This document shows positions 1-13,593 of a stretch of 64,000 nucleotides of DNA, one piece after another (the first letter of the stretch is position 1; the number at the start of each line of letters is the position of its first letter). Location of the stretch: assembly GCF_018977255.1 (NCBI RefSeq), contig NW_024704744.1:67890001-67954000 (forward strand), read 5' to 3'. Below the pieces are notes generated by a model. The model made no database searches. It was not told the DNA's origin and saw only the letters and a list, made by a program, of their open reading frames with translations. The DNA is from Callorhinchus milii (Eukaryota). Both the position numbers and the translations under genes were made by a program.

Positions 1-628
1 CGTATTTTCAGGTTTCATATGTTGGATTTGTTGCTATAAATATTCAAATGTTATAGAAGTTTTTGAGCCCAACTGCAGTGGTGATCGATCAATGGCTTTG
101 GCTGCAACTGTAGCCATGAGTTTTGCAGATGTGATTGTTTTTGTGGTTGATTTTTGTGATAAAAATGCCTTTTAATTGTGATAGTTGGAAAGGTACATAT
201 TTATTTAGTTGCAAGGAAACATTGAATTCAGTGTGACCAAATTAATCACGGGATCTTGAGAGCATATCAGATTGAGTAGGGTAATTTTTTTTTGAGTAAA
301 GGCTTCTTATTCTGTTCTTGTTTAAACTTGCATTGAGAGTATTCTATAATCACTCTGCTTTTACAGCAAATCCACAAAAGAAAAATTTACTCTTTCAAAA
401 GTGGTCTTAATCTAGGTATTTTCATGAGCTTAAATGTACATTACTGTCTTTTTTTTGTTTTTAAGTCATATTTTAAATGTTCTGTTATTATTGTTGGATG
501 TTTTTAAACTATAGTTTATGGAAGCATAATGTTAAACTCGATATATTCAATGATATGTTAGAATCGTGTCTATTATATTAATGTTCTCAGTTATCAAACC
601 AATAGCAAAAATATTTTCTGTTGTGCAG

Positions 629-752
629 GCTATCCATTCTGTTGCTTGGCATCATGAAGGGAAACAGTTCACCTGTAGCCATTCAGATGGCAGCCTTACA
701 ACTTGGAATGTAAAATCCCCTCTGAAGCCTGCACAGATCATTACACCACACG
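629..752 (+). CDS. STXBP5: STXBP5 coding exon (approx. human exon 8), 124 nt
   Basis: tgcag|GCT...CAC G|gtaagt; AIHSVAWHHEGKQFTCSHSDGSLTTWNVKSPLKPAQIITPH (WD40 repeat); phase 0-1. Confidence 0.96.
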
Positions 753-1175
753 GTAAGTGGAAATATATGGACATGATGGCCTTTAATAAATATTTACCCT
801 ATTCCAAGATTTCTATTAGAGACAGCAGTAATTGCCCACTGAATACATAGAGGTTCAATGTCTGCCTTTTTTCTGCAAATTGTTACCTTTTACTATTGAT
901 TGTTTTATTTTGAATGGGTGAATGGATATTTGTAGTTCAGATGAAAAAGGCACAGTTTGTTCATTCCCTTTCTGGCCCTTCTTGGAAGTAAAACAGAGAA
1001 CTATGTTCCTTAATTGTTCTGCTTAGTCTTGCTGCTATATGAAATGATGATGCCCTCTCAACGTCTGAAACTGAGGATGATAAACAGCATGTTTTGAGAT
1101 GCAGAATAATTTGCGGGTTTTCAGTCACTTTAGCTCTGGAGTAAAGGTTGAAATTAATAATAATTTTTTTTTCAG

Positions 1176-1254
1176 GAAAGTTTCCAAAAGATGGAAAGAA
1201 ACCCGAACCATGCAAGCCAATCCTAAAAGTAGAATACAAAACAAGTAAATCTGG
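1176..1254 (+). CDS. STXBP5: STXBP5 coding exon, 79 nt
   Basis: tttttcag|GA...TCT GG|gtaagt; GKFPKDGKKPEPCKPILKVEYKTSKSG; phase 1-2. Confidence 0.95.
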
Positions 1255-2689
1255 GTAAGTACATTTTTTAAAGAAATGTTTTAAAACAACAAACCTTTCT
1301 ATTCATCATTGAGATGTCAGTACCTAGGGAACTGTATCCTATTGTATTTTCAGTTTTATAAGCAACAAACACTACAGAGTCAGGTTGAGAGCAGGTAATG
1401 TTCAAATTGAAACCCTTTCTGCTTCTTCATAAAACCATTTCTCCTGTACCATCTCCTACATTTGATAAGTTCATTCTCTGATCCCAACAAGAGCTGTTGG
1501 GTCACATCTCTTCCATGCTAAAGTACCCTCCAAGAATGCCAACTATTTAATTTTTCCTGAATAACTAACTCTACTTTGATGTCAGTTCAAGACTAGAACA
1601 CCGCATCACATTCAGATACAGGTTTAGCATAACTGGACACAGAGAAAAGCTTGTTTTCTTCTTACCTGTGACATCTTTAGCCATTGTATTTCATCTTTCT
1701 TCATTTATAGGTACTAATAAGTATTCACACCTCTTTCCTTTTCCCTCCCAATCTCTAAATATATTGCCCTCCCGCACCCTCTCTAGTAAAATTTAAAAAA
1801 TCCAATTCTACTCTGATTCATTCTTTCTCAGGACCTCAAGACTTATCTCTGCTTCATTTATTGACAATCTAGATACTGTTAAAAACCCAAGTTTGGCATC
1901 ATGTATTTGCAGCATATTGTATGCTGTCCTCTTTCCTGTTCTTTTCAGCCTTGATAATGTCATGTATTATGGACTTTAGTACTTCAAATAGATTTCTCAG
2001 TTGCTACTCATGCCAGGCACTGTTAGCCTGGACTATTGGATTTTCATATCTATTCTAATGAAATTTGTAACCTTATTTCAATGGCGTATAATTGAATGTA
2101 TATTCATATCCACAAGTTAAGCCGTTTTTTGTGGTATGAAATAGAAAATAGAAAAGTAGAATGTTTCTTAATTAGCAATATCTTTCATAAAATCTACAAA
2201 TGTAACCTTGCAGAATTTTATTTCAATATAGATATGCTACTATAGCGTACAAATAATCAATGCATGTCTTTGTACAATGGGTCTTTGCAATGAAGACTTC
2301 TGCTGGACAGTTATTGTATTTGTTACAATAGTGCACCACGCACTCATTTGCATTGTCCTTTGCGTTGAGGTTTGTTCTCGACTGTATTAGGGTACTTGCT
2401 GAGAGATGTCTATGCATTTCCCCATAAAAAGAGGGAAATCGGAGGCCAAACAATCTATTTTTTTTTCTTGCTTCCTAATGGGTAGTAGCAGAGCTACATT
2501 GCTGAGGAACTCGGTTACTATTCCTTTGTTTGAAGTTAAGTGATGTACTGTAGTCGGAGAGCCACTACAGACAAAAGAGAAAAGGGTTAGATTCTGATGC
2601 AGAGAATGATAAATTGATTTACTTCATGTAAAGTTGAGTGAAACATTTTACTTTATCTCTAGACTTAGAAATTGAGGGACAACAGAGGT

Positions 2690-3010
2690 ATTGTTTTTTT
2701 TTTACAAGATATTGATTAGGCTACAATCAGAGCAACGCATGTGGTTTTGAACACTCCATTGCAGAAAATACAGAGAGGATATGTGTCTCAGCTTGGACAA
2801 AAATAGGTCTGTTTTCACTTGTACAAAGAAGTTTTACAAGAATCGTTCCTTAAAACTGAGCCTGGGGTTATAATGATATTTAAAAAGAATTTGTGGAGGA
2901 AGAATATAAACTGGTAAAGGGAATGATCAGAAAATTGGGATTAGAATAATTAATTTCTCTGGATAGGTGAGCATCATCTTGGGATAGATAGGCTGAATGG
3001 CATTCTTCAA
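2690..3010 (+). mobile_element. Highly decayed CR1 LINE 3' fragment
   Basis: Resembles the CR1 ORF2 end and 3'UTR (ataggctgaatggcattcttc); boundaries approximate. Confidence 0.4.
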
Positions 3011-4864
3011 TGCTTTATTTTCTAAATATTTTAACTTCAAGAAATGGTGACCTGACTAAAAATGCTTCCTGGCAAAACTCATCATTAAGACTGTTCTTTT
3101 AAATGTAGGAGCCTGTAGATTTCCTGTTACCCATTTTCATTTGAAAGTTTAAACAGACCCAGTCAGCTTATTTTTAGATATTTAAATATTTATGAAGCAT
3201 GCTGATGTTACAGAATGTAGCATCAAGAGTAATGGACAGTGAGGTGAGGTGACAAAGCAGCAAAGTAGTTGCAAACATGTCCACATCTTGTTTTTAAAAT
3301 GTGCTTTTTTATATTAATTGAGAGATCTGTACTATTCAATGTGGGTCTATATTTGTACCGTCTGTAGCTCTCCACTTCATTAACACTTCCTACCCTTGGT
3401 TTAAACAGAATTGGGAAGGCTCATATTTTGTCCATGAACATTGCATCTGCTTAGAATTTGGTTCTATATGGGGGTAGTAAAATAACATAAGGTAGGAAAG
3501 GCCATTATATCCAGAGCGCTCAATAATCAATTGAGTCCAGAACCTCATAGACCATTTTACCCTTTCTCTTACCTCTGTACAGAGTTTGTATTTTCCCAAA
3601 GCCTGTTGAATCAGCGTTTTGTTTTTAAAGGCTTTCATTGATACTAAATTTACTGCAGTAGTTTATGAGCTGTTACAATTTAAGAAAATCATGGAAGTTG
3701 ATGATCTTTTAAAACTGTTAGCTCGATTAAATCATTGACACATGATTCTTTCCATTCCTACACGGTGCATCAGTGTCCCACACTGATACATGGTTAGATT
3801 ATTTTTCCCATGCTTTCTGCAAAACATTTATCCACAACCAATTTGGAGAGTTTTATAATTTTGAAGGTCTATTTAGTCTTATACATTCATTTGTTTTCAA
3901 TACCCTGTTGGTTCATTCTGTCTGTGGCATCAATCCAATCCCAATAACTTGGTTGATGTCACCTGGGTTATTACTCTTGCATCAGGATAATTTTGTGTGT
4001 TCCATTATGACTGACACCAGTATAATTTTAGATTAGGCTGGCTACTGTTCCCCAGATCTTGTTACTTCTGCTGTAGATACCAAGGCTTTAGTTTCCTCAA
4101 AGTCTCCTTTAATACCACAGGTATGTGGCAGACCGGGTGCCTATAATGGAAGCTACACAAAAGGCATTTGATGTTTAGCTCTGGTGAAAGCCTAAAATAG
4201 AGAACTCAACTAGTTGCAGAAAGAATGTATTCTTGATTCTGATTTGCACTATGCAATAATTTATGGCTTCTTCGATTTAATCAGGATACACTAATCAGGG
4301 TATATTCGTACTGTAATGCATCTCTGGAGATCTCAGTTAGTGGCACAAGGCATGACTCAGTACTGACTGGTGTCCTATGCTTCTGAGAAGACTAAGAAAA
4401 ATACTGTATGTTGATTGAATAAATGACACTGTTTACAATAGCGAGGTCCAGTAAGCAAATCCCAGTTGCTATCTTGTTGTCTTTGAAGAACTCTCCCTTG
4501 AGTAATTCTTCTACCTCGAGTAATTCCAAGTCATTTGGGAACCTTACAGTTTATACTTATCTATTGCTATCTGAGAGCTCCTAAAGCCATTCTCTGCCTG
4601 GTGCTGTAAGTATTGGAGCCTATTCAAAGTCTTTCCTTTGCCTCCATTTTTTTCTGGGGCACCTTTGTGTAGCTTCTGGCTCCTTCCTCTGAAACACCCC
4701 TTAACGTATCCATCAAGGAATAAAATCAATCAATGCTTAATCATGAGCTCATTAATATAACTGTCTAGAAACAAACAATCAGGATTGGCCTCTTTTCTCC
4801 CACTCACGCATTTGCTTAGGGGCCAGTAGTCACTCCAGAATATGCATTGGTCCAATTCCCTATA

Positions 4865-4935
4865 AATCATAGTCATAGAATTTTACAGCACAGAAGGGGA
4901 CCATTTGGTCTTTTGAGTCTGCACCAGCTCTTAAC
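4865..4935 (-). mobile_element. CR1 LINE 3' tail fragment
   Basis: tcatagtcatagaattttacagcacagaaggggaccatttggtc is the reverse complement of a CR1 3' end with (ttctatga)n-type repeats. Confidence 0.6.
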
Positions 4936-6356
4936 CGCTTGGCTGGAAATCGGTTATAAGGAAGAGAAGGGCACCTTCTATCTCCAGTGGAGCCATTGAT
5001 ACTTGCAAGAATGCCCAATGCCTTCCCACAAGTGGCAGCAGGGTGAAGAAGAAAAGAGGTTTCTGTTCTTGTTCCCAAGATTATCTGCTCCAATTTTTTT
5101 TCAAATGTCATATGCTTTTTGAGGATTTGACATGGCTCCTTTGAGTCCTCCCCAAGGAAGTAGAGGAGGTTTTGCCAGAGAAGCCCCCTCCCACCTTGTT
5201 TCCAATCACAGTTGAGTGAGTACCAAGTATACTAACCTGCACATGTCATTATGGAAGATTTGACCATTGTCTGGTATTCGGCTGTCATAACAGAACATCT
5301 ATTTGTAGGTGGATAATGATGGAGTTCACCTGACCTATAACCTGACTTGAACGTTTAGTTGCCAGCTTCGTTCTTCATCACTTCCAGTTTTTGATGTCCC
5401 CAAGATCAAAGGGTCTCTTTTGGATACTTAATACCCAATGTCAAATGTTGGAATATTCATGAATTACTTTGAAATGCTGTTGAAAATATTCATAAAAAAC
5501 ACAGATACTGCTGCATTGTTGACTGAATGGAGAAAGCTACTGCTCGTTGCAGCATTGAACAGAAAGTTGCAGGCTCATTTCCCATTTTGTAATGATATGC
5601 TGAACCTAGCTAGGGTTTAGTAAGGGTGTTATAATTGGCATCTGTGCCCATGGAACTATGGAGAGGAAAACAAATCAGTGGATTCCCACTCCCGTTTGAC
5701 ATCTGGTAACTCTTCTGCTTATATTATGCATGGGTGAGAACAGACTTGGACTTGGTTGTGCAAACTGTCCACAGTCAAGTAACCCGCTGATACATCTGAA
5801 GAATGACCATTTGGTTAAGGTGCAGGAACTACTGTCAAATACCTTTTGAATTCTTGAGCTGAAAAGTCTTTGCCTTCCAGAGAGAGCAGAAAAAAGGGAA
5901 AACAATTGTCCAAAAAAGCTAACAAGTGTTTAACCTGTGTGTAAAGGTATAACCAAACTTTATGCTTGTGTTCAATTTTCTTTCAGTTGTGCAATTAAAA
6001 CCAAGAAATAACCCAAATTCAGCACCTAATTACTTTAAATATTTGTAAGTTAAGTGACTAATGCAAGTGAACTTTTTTTTCATTTGCTTATCAGCTAGCC
6101 AAAGTATTTACAAATTTCATTTTACAAAAGCTTATTTTTGAAGAATATTGTAATGTTACATAAACAATCATTCTTGTCGCAATCAAATATCTTGCAGTAA
6201 ATACAAGCTTTTAAGAAAATGTCGGTTTATGTACTGTTCTTGCATTAAAACTCATATGCATTCCAAAAATCACTGAAGAAAATATGACTAGATCTAAAGT
6301 AAACCTCCAGAATAAATGTTAGTTTTAACCAAATATTTTATAATTCTTGTTTCCAG

Positions 6357-6511
6357 AGACCCTTTCATCATTTTTTCAGGAGGTCTGTCATATGATACTG
6401 TAGGCAGAAGACCATGTTTAACAGTGATGCATGGGAAGAGCACTGCAGTACTTGAAATGGACTACCCAATTGTTGACTTTCTAACCCTGTGTGAAACGCC
6501 GTATCCTAGTG
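6357..6511 (+). CDS. STXBP5: STXBP5 coding exon, 155 nt
   Basis: ttccag|A GAC...AGT G|gtaggt; DPFIIFSGGLSYDTVGRRPCLTVMHGKSTAVLEMDYPIVDFLTLCETPYPS (LLGL-type region); phase 2-1. Confidence 0.96.
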
Positions 6512-6864
6512 GTAGGTTTGCTAATGTTACTTGATTGTGCGTATACCTCAAATTAAAACAATGTTGCATTCTTCACTCCCCCCAAAAAAATCCACATGCA
6601 TATTAATTAAAAGAAAAAAAACTTGAATGGTAGAAACGTGAAATATTCACACAATGCTGGAACCACACACAATGGAGAAACTGCACAGAAGGTAACTGAA
6701 GGTGAAAGATTGGTTAATAATATGCAATAATCCTTGCATTTGATATACCGCCTATAATGTCAGAATATTTCACTGTGCTTTAAAAGGAAATTCCTGTAAG
6801 TGATTGTATTTATAGACAAACAAATGCCCCTATAGGTAAAGAGAGGCCCTATTGTATCACGGTA

Positions 6865-7130
6865 CTGTGCTGCGTTATCTGGTCTCAGCCAGGCAACATT
6901 TATAGCACAATTCCCTCAGCAGCTCTGGTCGGGAAAAGAAAATGTCATTCAGGGTTTTTATTCAGAAAGTTACGCTTGCTTGATCTGTAGGTCTATAGGT
7001 CAAAAAGCTTTCTAATACTGCCTGGCTCACATATGAAGAATGGATATTTAGATACAGTAGTAGAGGGAAGTGGGCATCTGTTGAAATATATGCTACTAAG
7101 AGTTGGTGCATTCTGAATGGGAGGAAGGGT
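6865..7130 (+). mobile_element. Old SINE resembling the AmnSINE2 family
   Basis: ctgtgctgcgttatctggtctcagcc ... ggctcacatatgaagaatgg matches the remembered AmnSINE2-like consensus; heavily diverged. Confidence 0.45.
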
Positions 7131-8099
7131 TGCCTAAAATAGTAAAAAAAATGCTAAATTTGAAAAAAAATTGTATTTTGTCTACAAATAAGACTGTGGT
7201 TCAATGTATACTAAATGGTTCCCAAAGTCCAAACTAAGGTGTTGCTTAATGTCATCCATGATTCCGTCATCATTAATCCTGCACTATGAATGTGCTTGTG
7301 CGTCAGCAGCCTGCACCATACCAACCCTCAATGCCAACGCTGAGAGTTGTTGTCAATCGCAAAATAGACCCAGAACTGAATAATCACTCAATGAAGTACA
7401 CAGCCTGTATTTAAAAAAAACTCAAAGTTGTAATCTCTTCAGGATTCTGTAGGCATTTCTAAACTGCTTATACTTTGGTGTCAGAATTGATGATACCAGC
7501 CCCATTTCATCAAATTACTGCCTTGCAATCACTATCGTTTGTCTATCAAATTCTATTAAAAATTTCAACAAGTATGTTGGTGAATGAGTATTCTAATATT
7601 AGAATTGTAATCTAAATACCCATTTTCTTTAAAGAACTTATCTGACGCATGGAGAAGCTGTTGCAACTCAATTGAATTGTCCACCAAATAAGAATTGTTA
7701 ATGTAATCTTTTAAACCTAAGATTTACAGCAGCACTCTGATTCTGCTAAGCGGTACTCTTATGAAAGGAAAATTAGCAGTCTTTATTCCGTTGTCAATTC
7801 TGAATCATCTTTTGAAACCATTAGCTGTACAGAATTTATTAGGATGCCTTTTTTAAAAGTATAAAATGAAGAAGTAGTTTCTACCTTCCTTACATGGACA
7901 AGCACAGCAATAACCCACTAGACTTGTGAGAAAACCAATCAGCAATTTTTTTAAAGAGAAATATGCAACCTTTTTCAAAGCCTTGCAATAAAATAACCTA
8001 GGATAAATTAATTGCCCAAGTGAACTGCTGCTTTGGTATGAAGAGCAATGGAGGAATGATTCTGAGAAACAGAAAATATTTCTGAAATCTTGAGGCCTT

Positions 8100-8279
8100 A
8101 ATAATAATAGTCCTTGCATTTGATATAGCGCCTTATCATGTCTTCAAGACATCTCAAATTGCTTCACAGAATATACTGTAAAATTGGTTGACTGAATGAA
8201 TATTTCTGGGTGAAAAACGGCAGCCATTTGCACACAGCAGTGTTCCACAAACAGTCATGGATTGAGTGACCAAATTATT
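8100..8279 (-). mobile_element. 5'-truncated copy of the abundant tRNA-SINE (L2-type tail)
   Basis: Reverse complement of the 3' module also seen at 11795, 32074 and 47689. Confidence 0.85.
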
Positions 8280-8492
8280 TTTCTATAATCAATTATTCTT
8301 ATTATCATCCTATAATCAAAGGAATTGGGGTGAAGAGAAATATGAAACTCATTAAATGGGGCTCTCTGGCTTTCAGAGAAAATTAGAACTAACAATCGAT
8401 TTTCATAATTCAAAATGCTAAATATTGATGATTACTTCAAACAGATTGTATAAAACCAGGTGTGATTATTTTTTTATTTTGATTTCTTACAG

Positions 8493-8565
8493 ATTTTCAA
8501 GATCCGTATGCAGTAGTGGTGCTTCTCGAAAAGGATTTGGTAGTTATAGATCTTGCACAAAATGG
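8493..8565 (+). CDS. STXBP5: STXBP5 coding exon, 73 nt
   Basis: cttacag|AT TTT CAA...AAT GG|gtaagg; DFQDPYAVVVLLEKDLVVIDLAQNG; phase 1-2. Confidence 0.96.
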
Positions 8566-10045
8566 GTAAGGATCCCATGTTGAAATTCAAATTACATTGT
8601 CATTTCCATAGTTAAACAATTATGGTTAAGAATGGGTTTGGAGAATAAAGTGTTGGATATTGACTAAGATGATCACACTCCATTGAACAGTGTTTTCTGA
8701 TTGCTGAGTTGGAACAAAAATGTCTCAAGAGGCAGCAGGTCAAGGTTAAATAATGAAGCTATAGGGGTGCCAGAATTCTCTGCAATATTGGTTGATAAAG
8801 TTTGGGCATAGGGTCAAATATGCAGAGGTGTTTTTATGGGAATTTTACGACCCATTATAGTGTAGGATATACTTTGTCTGAAAGGAACGATTGAAGCAGT
8901 GTCTGATCTTATTCATGCTTGCTAATGTTTTTAATCATGACTGAACTATTGAAATTCTCCCAGAGGTTCAAAGGATTTCCAACATTTTTTTTAAAACGCG
9001 AAAAAAAAAGGACAGTTTTGGCATCTTGTCTTATTCCTGTGTCAACTGATGAACGGGTCATAAGCCTGGACCGGATAAAATGCCCAATATTTTCCTCCAT
9101 GGATAATTACTCATTATCATTGCCAATCAGTAACTAATAACAGCAAGTAGCAAATATTTCCGAACTTGCGATGAGCATATTGGCAGCTGTCCAGCCTAGT
9201 GAGACTGAAACACTGATCCATTTGGATACAATAAGTAGAGCTGCATATTTTCTGGGTAGAGGAAGGGGAGGGGGAGAGATTCATCTGAGAAATGTTTCAA
9301 AATGGCATCATGTAGGACACAATTCATTCAATCCAATTTGTTATTCATGCTCATGTAATTTACATAATTTGTTCACGTGGGATTAATTTTGTAGTCCTTT
9401 CAGTCTCCAGAAATGTCATTTATTGCTGTGAAAATAGTGTATTTTAATAACTTCTCAGTCTTGGTAAAGAGGTCCATCTTTATGACTCACATTGTGAATA
9501 TAAATTTAGAATTGGCAGCTTGAAAAAGAAGTGGAAGAATGGAGTGTTCTTTGCAGCTGCTGATTAGTAGTAAAGTACATACTATCACTGAATTAACGTC
9601 TATTAATATTTACTGTAGCAAGCGGCAGGGATCAGAACTGTTCATTCCTGTGGGTTGGTAAAGTTACTGACCTTAATATTTTGCATTTATGGGATTACTT
9701 TACGCAGAACTATGCACAATTCTGGATTTTCCTCTATTACAGAAAGAATGTTGGGGTCTTGGAAAGGAATAACATAATTTCACAGTAATTATATAGTTAA
9801 GAGTGCAATCTTGCTGAATTGGTTCTGCTTTGACTGAAACTGAGAAAGTTAAGAAAGGATCTTAAAAACTTCAAAATTCTGAGATAAAAGATTATTCTTT
9901 CTGCTTAAAAAAAATGGTAACAATGTGTTACAAACTGAGCATTATCAGTAAAAGAGTTATCCAGTAAAAGGAGGTTCCAAGTGGGAATGATTTGCTACAA
10001 AGTACAATTGAGGCTGCGACCATAACCTTCAAAAGGGAAGCATTA

Positions 10046-10400
10046 GGGTGTCAGCTTGGATCAGTTGGTAGCAGTCTTGCCTCTTTGAACTCACAGTCTA
10101 CATTAGCACTCCAATTCAGTGTTGAAGGGGTGCTGCACTGTTGGAGCTGCTGGCTTTCAGATGAGATGTTAAACCTAGGATGCGTTTGCCTGTGTAGGTG
10201 GATGTGAATGTTCCCGTGGCACTATTTTGAAAAGAGAGAGTAATTTCTTCCAGTGTCTTGGCCAACAATCTCCCAAATCTAAATAGTCATTTGCTTCATG
10301 GCTGTCTGTAGTGTACAGTTGTTTATGAATCCTGTGAAGCTCTTTGAAATGTCCTCCAGATGCGATGGACGATAAACAAATGCAGAGATTATTATTATTT
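10046..10400 (+). mobile_element. Deu-domain SINE (SacSINE1/AmnSINE1-like), decayed
   Basis: gtgtcagcttgg head; gctgcactgttggag...tcagatgagatgttaaac...gtggatgt...ggcactattt core; gattattatt tail. Homologous to copies at 12608, 45742 and 58965. Confidence 0.75.
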
Positions 10401-10789
10401 AAAGAGGAAAAATATAGAAAAATATGGGAAGGAGTAGAAATTAGAGTAGCTGACTCTGGAAAGACATGCTTGCACCAATTTATGCCAAATAAAGTTAAAG
10501 CAATTGGAACTGGAGATGAGTAACTAAACACATTAATATTGTTAAAATGCACATTGATCCATGTTAACATTGTGATTCAGATGCAAAGAAGTAGTTACCA
10601 CCTTATAACAGATTTGTGGAAATAAAAGGAAACAGCTGCTCGTGCGATCACCACTGACATCACTTCCAGCGTAACAGCGTGTTAATGAGGCACTTGGCTC
10701 AATAACAAGCATACTTGGCTTAGCTGGAGAAAGTTGAGGCTTAATCTGATGAGCTGTCAATTAAAACAGCATCGTTCTGCAATTAATTT

Positions 10790-10915
10790 ATCCCGAGAGA
10801 AGGGAATAGAGGTGTTGGAGGGGTGGATGTCTGTGTGGAGTATAAACGTGGACACAGATGAGCTAGCTGAATGGCCTGTTTCTATGAACATAACATTGTA
10901 TGTAATTCTGTGTAA
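10790..10915 (+). mobile_element. CR1 3'UTR fragment
   Basis: gtggagtataaac...gctgaatggcctgtttctatg...tgtaattctgtgta, a typical CR1 3' end. Confidence 0.6.
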
Positions 10916-11024
10916 AATCAAAAGTGGAAGCTAGGAATTGTGGCTGAAAACTGATCCTATGTCTCTAGATGGCACTAAGTGGAATAATATAGCTAAGAAT
11001 AGGAGCATAGAGATTATTGATGGA

Positions 11025-11162
11025 AGGGTCTGACAAAATGTCATCGACCTGAAAAGTTAACTCACTTTCCTCTCTCCGTAGGTGCTGCCTGACTTGCTGA
11101 GTGTTCCCAGCTACTTCTGTTTTTATTTCAGATTTCCAACATCTGTGGTATTTTGCCTTTTA
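11025..11162 (+). repeat. Penelope-associated / shark-type short repeat with a decayed hammerhead motif
   Basis: ctgacaa...gacctgaaaagttaactc...gctgcctgacttgctgagtgttcccagc...tttcagatttccaacatctg; related copies at 28965-29060 (-) and 32615-32705 (-). Confidence 0.7.
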
Positions 11163-11224
11163 TTGAAGGACATCTAGTGTTTTTTTGGGACAGGGGGTGA
11201 GAGTGATACCAAGACAGGTCTGGA

Positions 11225-11760
11225 TGAAGAAGCCTACAGCCCAGTTCATCTCACTCTTTCAGAATACCCATCCTAACATTTGCATAACCACAGAACTAAG
11301 CTGTTCCTTAAATGTGTCTAATGGGCCTATCGGAAGTCTTGATAGAAACCTGTTCTAGCTGTTGATTTATTTTTGCGTAAAGAAGTAGCTTGGTGTCTGC
11401 TCTGAAATTGAATCCGGAATCTGTGCCCTCTAGTCTTGCTGCCTTGGTGCGTCAATGTGTATTCTGGGTTTCCTTCCTCAATCCCATTTAGCATTTTAAA
11501 CCTCTTTAAGGTCCCCTCCTGAGACAGCTCTTTAAACTGAAGTGACTTATCTTATTCCTTATCCCTGTGATACTGAGGATCATTACTTTCCTCTCAATTG
11601 CTTATAAGACTTGAATAATCCCATTATATCATGATGACCAGAACTTTATGCAGTACTCCAGGTGCACGCTGATCAGAGCACTGTTCAGCTTGAACATGAT
11701 TTCTGGGATCTGAGCTCAACCCAGCATCCTGGTTGTCATTTTTTTTTAACTGCTTCACAC
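11225..11760 (-). mobile_element. Decayed CR1 LINE 3' ORF2/UTR fragment
   Basis: Reverse strand shows LEYC..FW-like (cagaactttatgcagtactccagg) and RTRGH-like (tgtgccctctagtcttg) CR1 motifs. Confidence 0.6.
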
Positions 11761-11794
11761 TATTTCAGGATCATAAGCAATGATTCAACTACAT

Positions 11795-11970
11795 TAATAA
11801 TTTGGTCACTCAATCCTTGACTGTTTGTGGGACACTACTGTGCGCAGGTGGCTGCCATGTTTCACCCACAAAATATACAGTCAATTCACTATGCAGTTTA
11901 TTCTGTGAAGCACTTTGAGACTTCTCGAAGATGTGATAAGGCGCTATATAAAATGCAAGGATTATTATTA
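11795..11970 (+). mobile_element. 5'-truncated tRNA-SINE copy; a second tail fragment lies at 12051-12115
   Basis: ttggtcactcaatcc...gtgaagcactttgagac...gcaaggattattatta. Confidence 0.85.
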
Positions 11971-12607
11971 TAATGTGTGTCCAGTCAGAATTCTTATTTA
12001 TTACAGATAAATAAATGAGAAGCTATGCAGTGCCAGATTTGATAAAATGACTGTGAAGCGCTTTGAGACGTCTCGAAAACGTGATAAGGCGCTATATCAA
12101 ACACAAGTATTATTATCTCCTTCAACTTGCTCTTAGGCTCTCCATCCTGTTCTTGAAGTATATTTTTACTTATTCTATGCCACATTTCACATTTATTTAT
12201 ATTGAATATTTGCCATTGATGATAATTGGTGCATTCCTTTTCTTGAGCTCTCTCTGCAAGAAATTGGCTCCTCCCTCTTAATTCCAAAGTTTCCCATGGA
12301 TTGGTATTGCCTACACATTTTGGCTGCTTTGTACTGAATGCGTGATTATGGTCATGTATATACAACGGATAGATGGACCTCTAAAGCATCCCATTCAGTA
12401 CCTTTTGACCAAGTTCCCTGAGAGATTACTCTTTCTTTACCTTTAGTGAGCCAAGAATCCACTTCCATGTCTTACCCTCAATGCCTGATCTATTTCTATT
12501 GGGCTTGGCTTGCTTTTAAGCAGTCTTGTCTGATTTCATATTTTTTTAAACTTAATATAATTATGTTTTTTATCTTGATTTTTTTTTTTAAAAAGTCCAT
12601 AATTGTC

Positions 12608-12948
12608 GTGGGTGAAACTCGGCAGCCGGTTTGCGCACAGCAATGTCCCACAAACAGCTATTGAGTAAGTGACCAATTTTATTTGCGGGGGATTATTGGA
12701 CAGCACACTGGGAGAAATTCCCTTCTCATTTCGAATAGTGCCTTGGCTCTTTAACATCCACCTGAACAAGCAGACCGGATCTCAGTTTAACATCTCATCT
12801 GAAGGACAGCACCTTCGACATTACACCTTTACTTCCCTCCAACAAAGCATTAGTGTATCAGCTTAGACTACGTGATTCCAAGTCCTGATGTGGGGCTTGA
12901 GCCCACAACATTCCAACTCAGAGTGTTTCCCCCACGCCAAGCTGACAC
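12608..12948 (-). mobile_element. Deu-domain SINE joined to the shared SINE 3' module
   Basis: Reverse strand reads gtgtcagcttggc head, gtgggctcaagcccc B-box region, cagatgagatgttaaac Deu core, then ctgtttgtgggacattgctgtgcgcaa. Confidence 0.8.
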
Positions 12949-13593
12949 ATCTTTGTGGCCTGCTGTATAAGTGCTCCGGGACACTACCTTGCGTGAAGGG
13001 CGCTTTATAAATGCAAGTTGTTGGATATTAATTTAAACAATGTCTCTCCTGTACAGTATCTAATTTTTCCTCATTGTTTCCCAATCAAAGTTTTTGTATT
13101 GAATCATACAATTAGCCTAATACCAGCTTCATTAATGAAATCCAATAGTTATGGCTGAAGCGGTCCCTTTCATTTTCTATTTAATCCTTAAAGAGGGTTT
13201 TTCTCAGCCCAGTGTTTGTCTCATGTGGTAACAAGAGCTCATACGTCTGGGAGTATTAAAGCACCTTCAGTGTTTGTAATGTCTTGAAAATTGATCTAAA
13301 TATTTTTAATAGAAGTACAAGCTGTACAGTGATTTAAGATGTGGGGAACAGTGAAATGCTATTTACAAAGCTCATGAGTTAATCTTGAGCAACGTTTGGA
13401 TTGGAGTATAATATATTTCCCTCTTGCCTGTTTTGCCTCCTTGTCCCGTTTCAATTAGGAGTTAAATTAACTACGTCTGATAAAAGTCTTGATCATGTTA
13501 GAAATATGTACACTGTCTATGAAATAAATCTTTTCATTTTCAGTCAAACGTATTTCTGCTGTGTTAAGATTGACTCTCTTTTTTTTCTTACAG

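Noticed and set aside
1043-1100. Possible intronic C/D-box snoRNA (ATGATGA ... CTGA) about 75 nt before an acceptor
   Set aside because: No terminal CTGA D box at a suitable distance, no terminal stem and no recognisable rRNA guide
10746-10775. CTGATGA followed by a 5-bp stem (gctgt/acagc), hammerhead-like
   Set aside because: The stem is followed by ATCG rather than GAAA, so the catalytic core is incomplete
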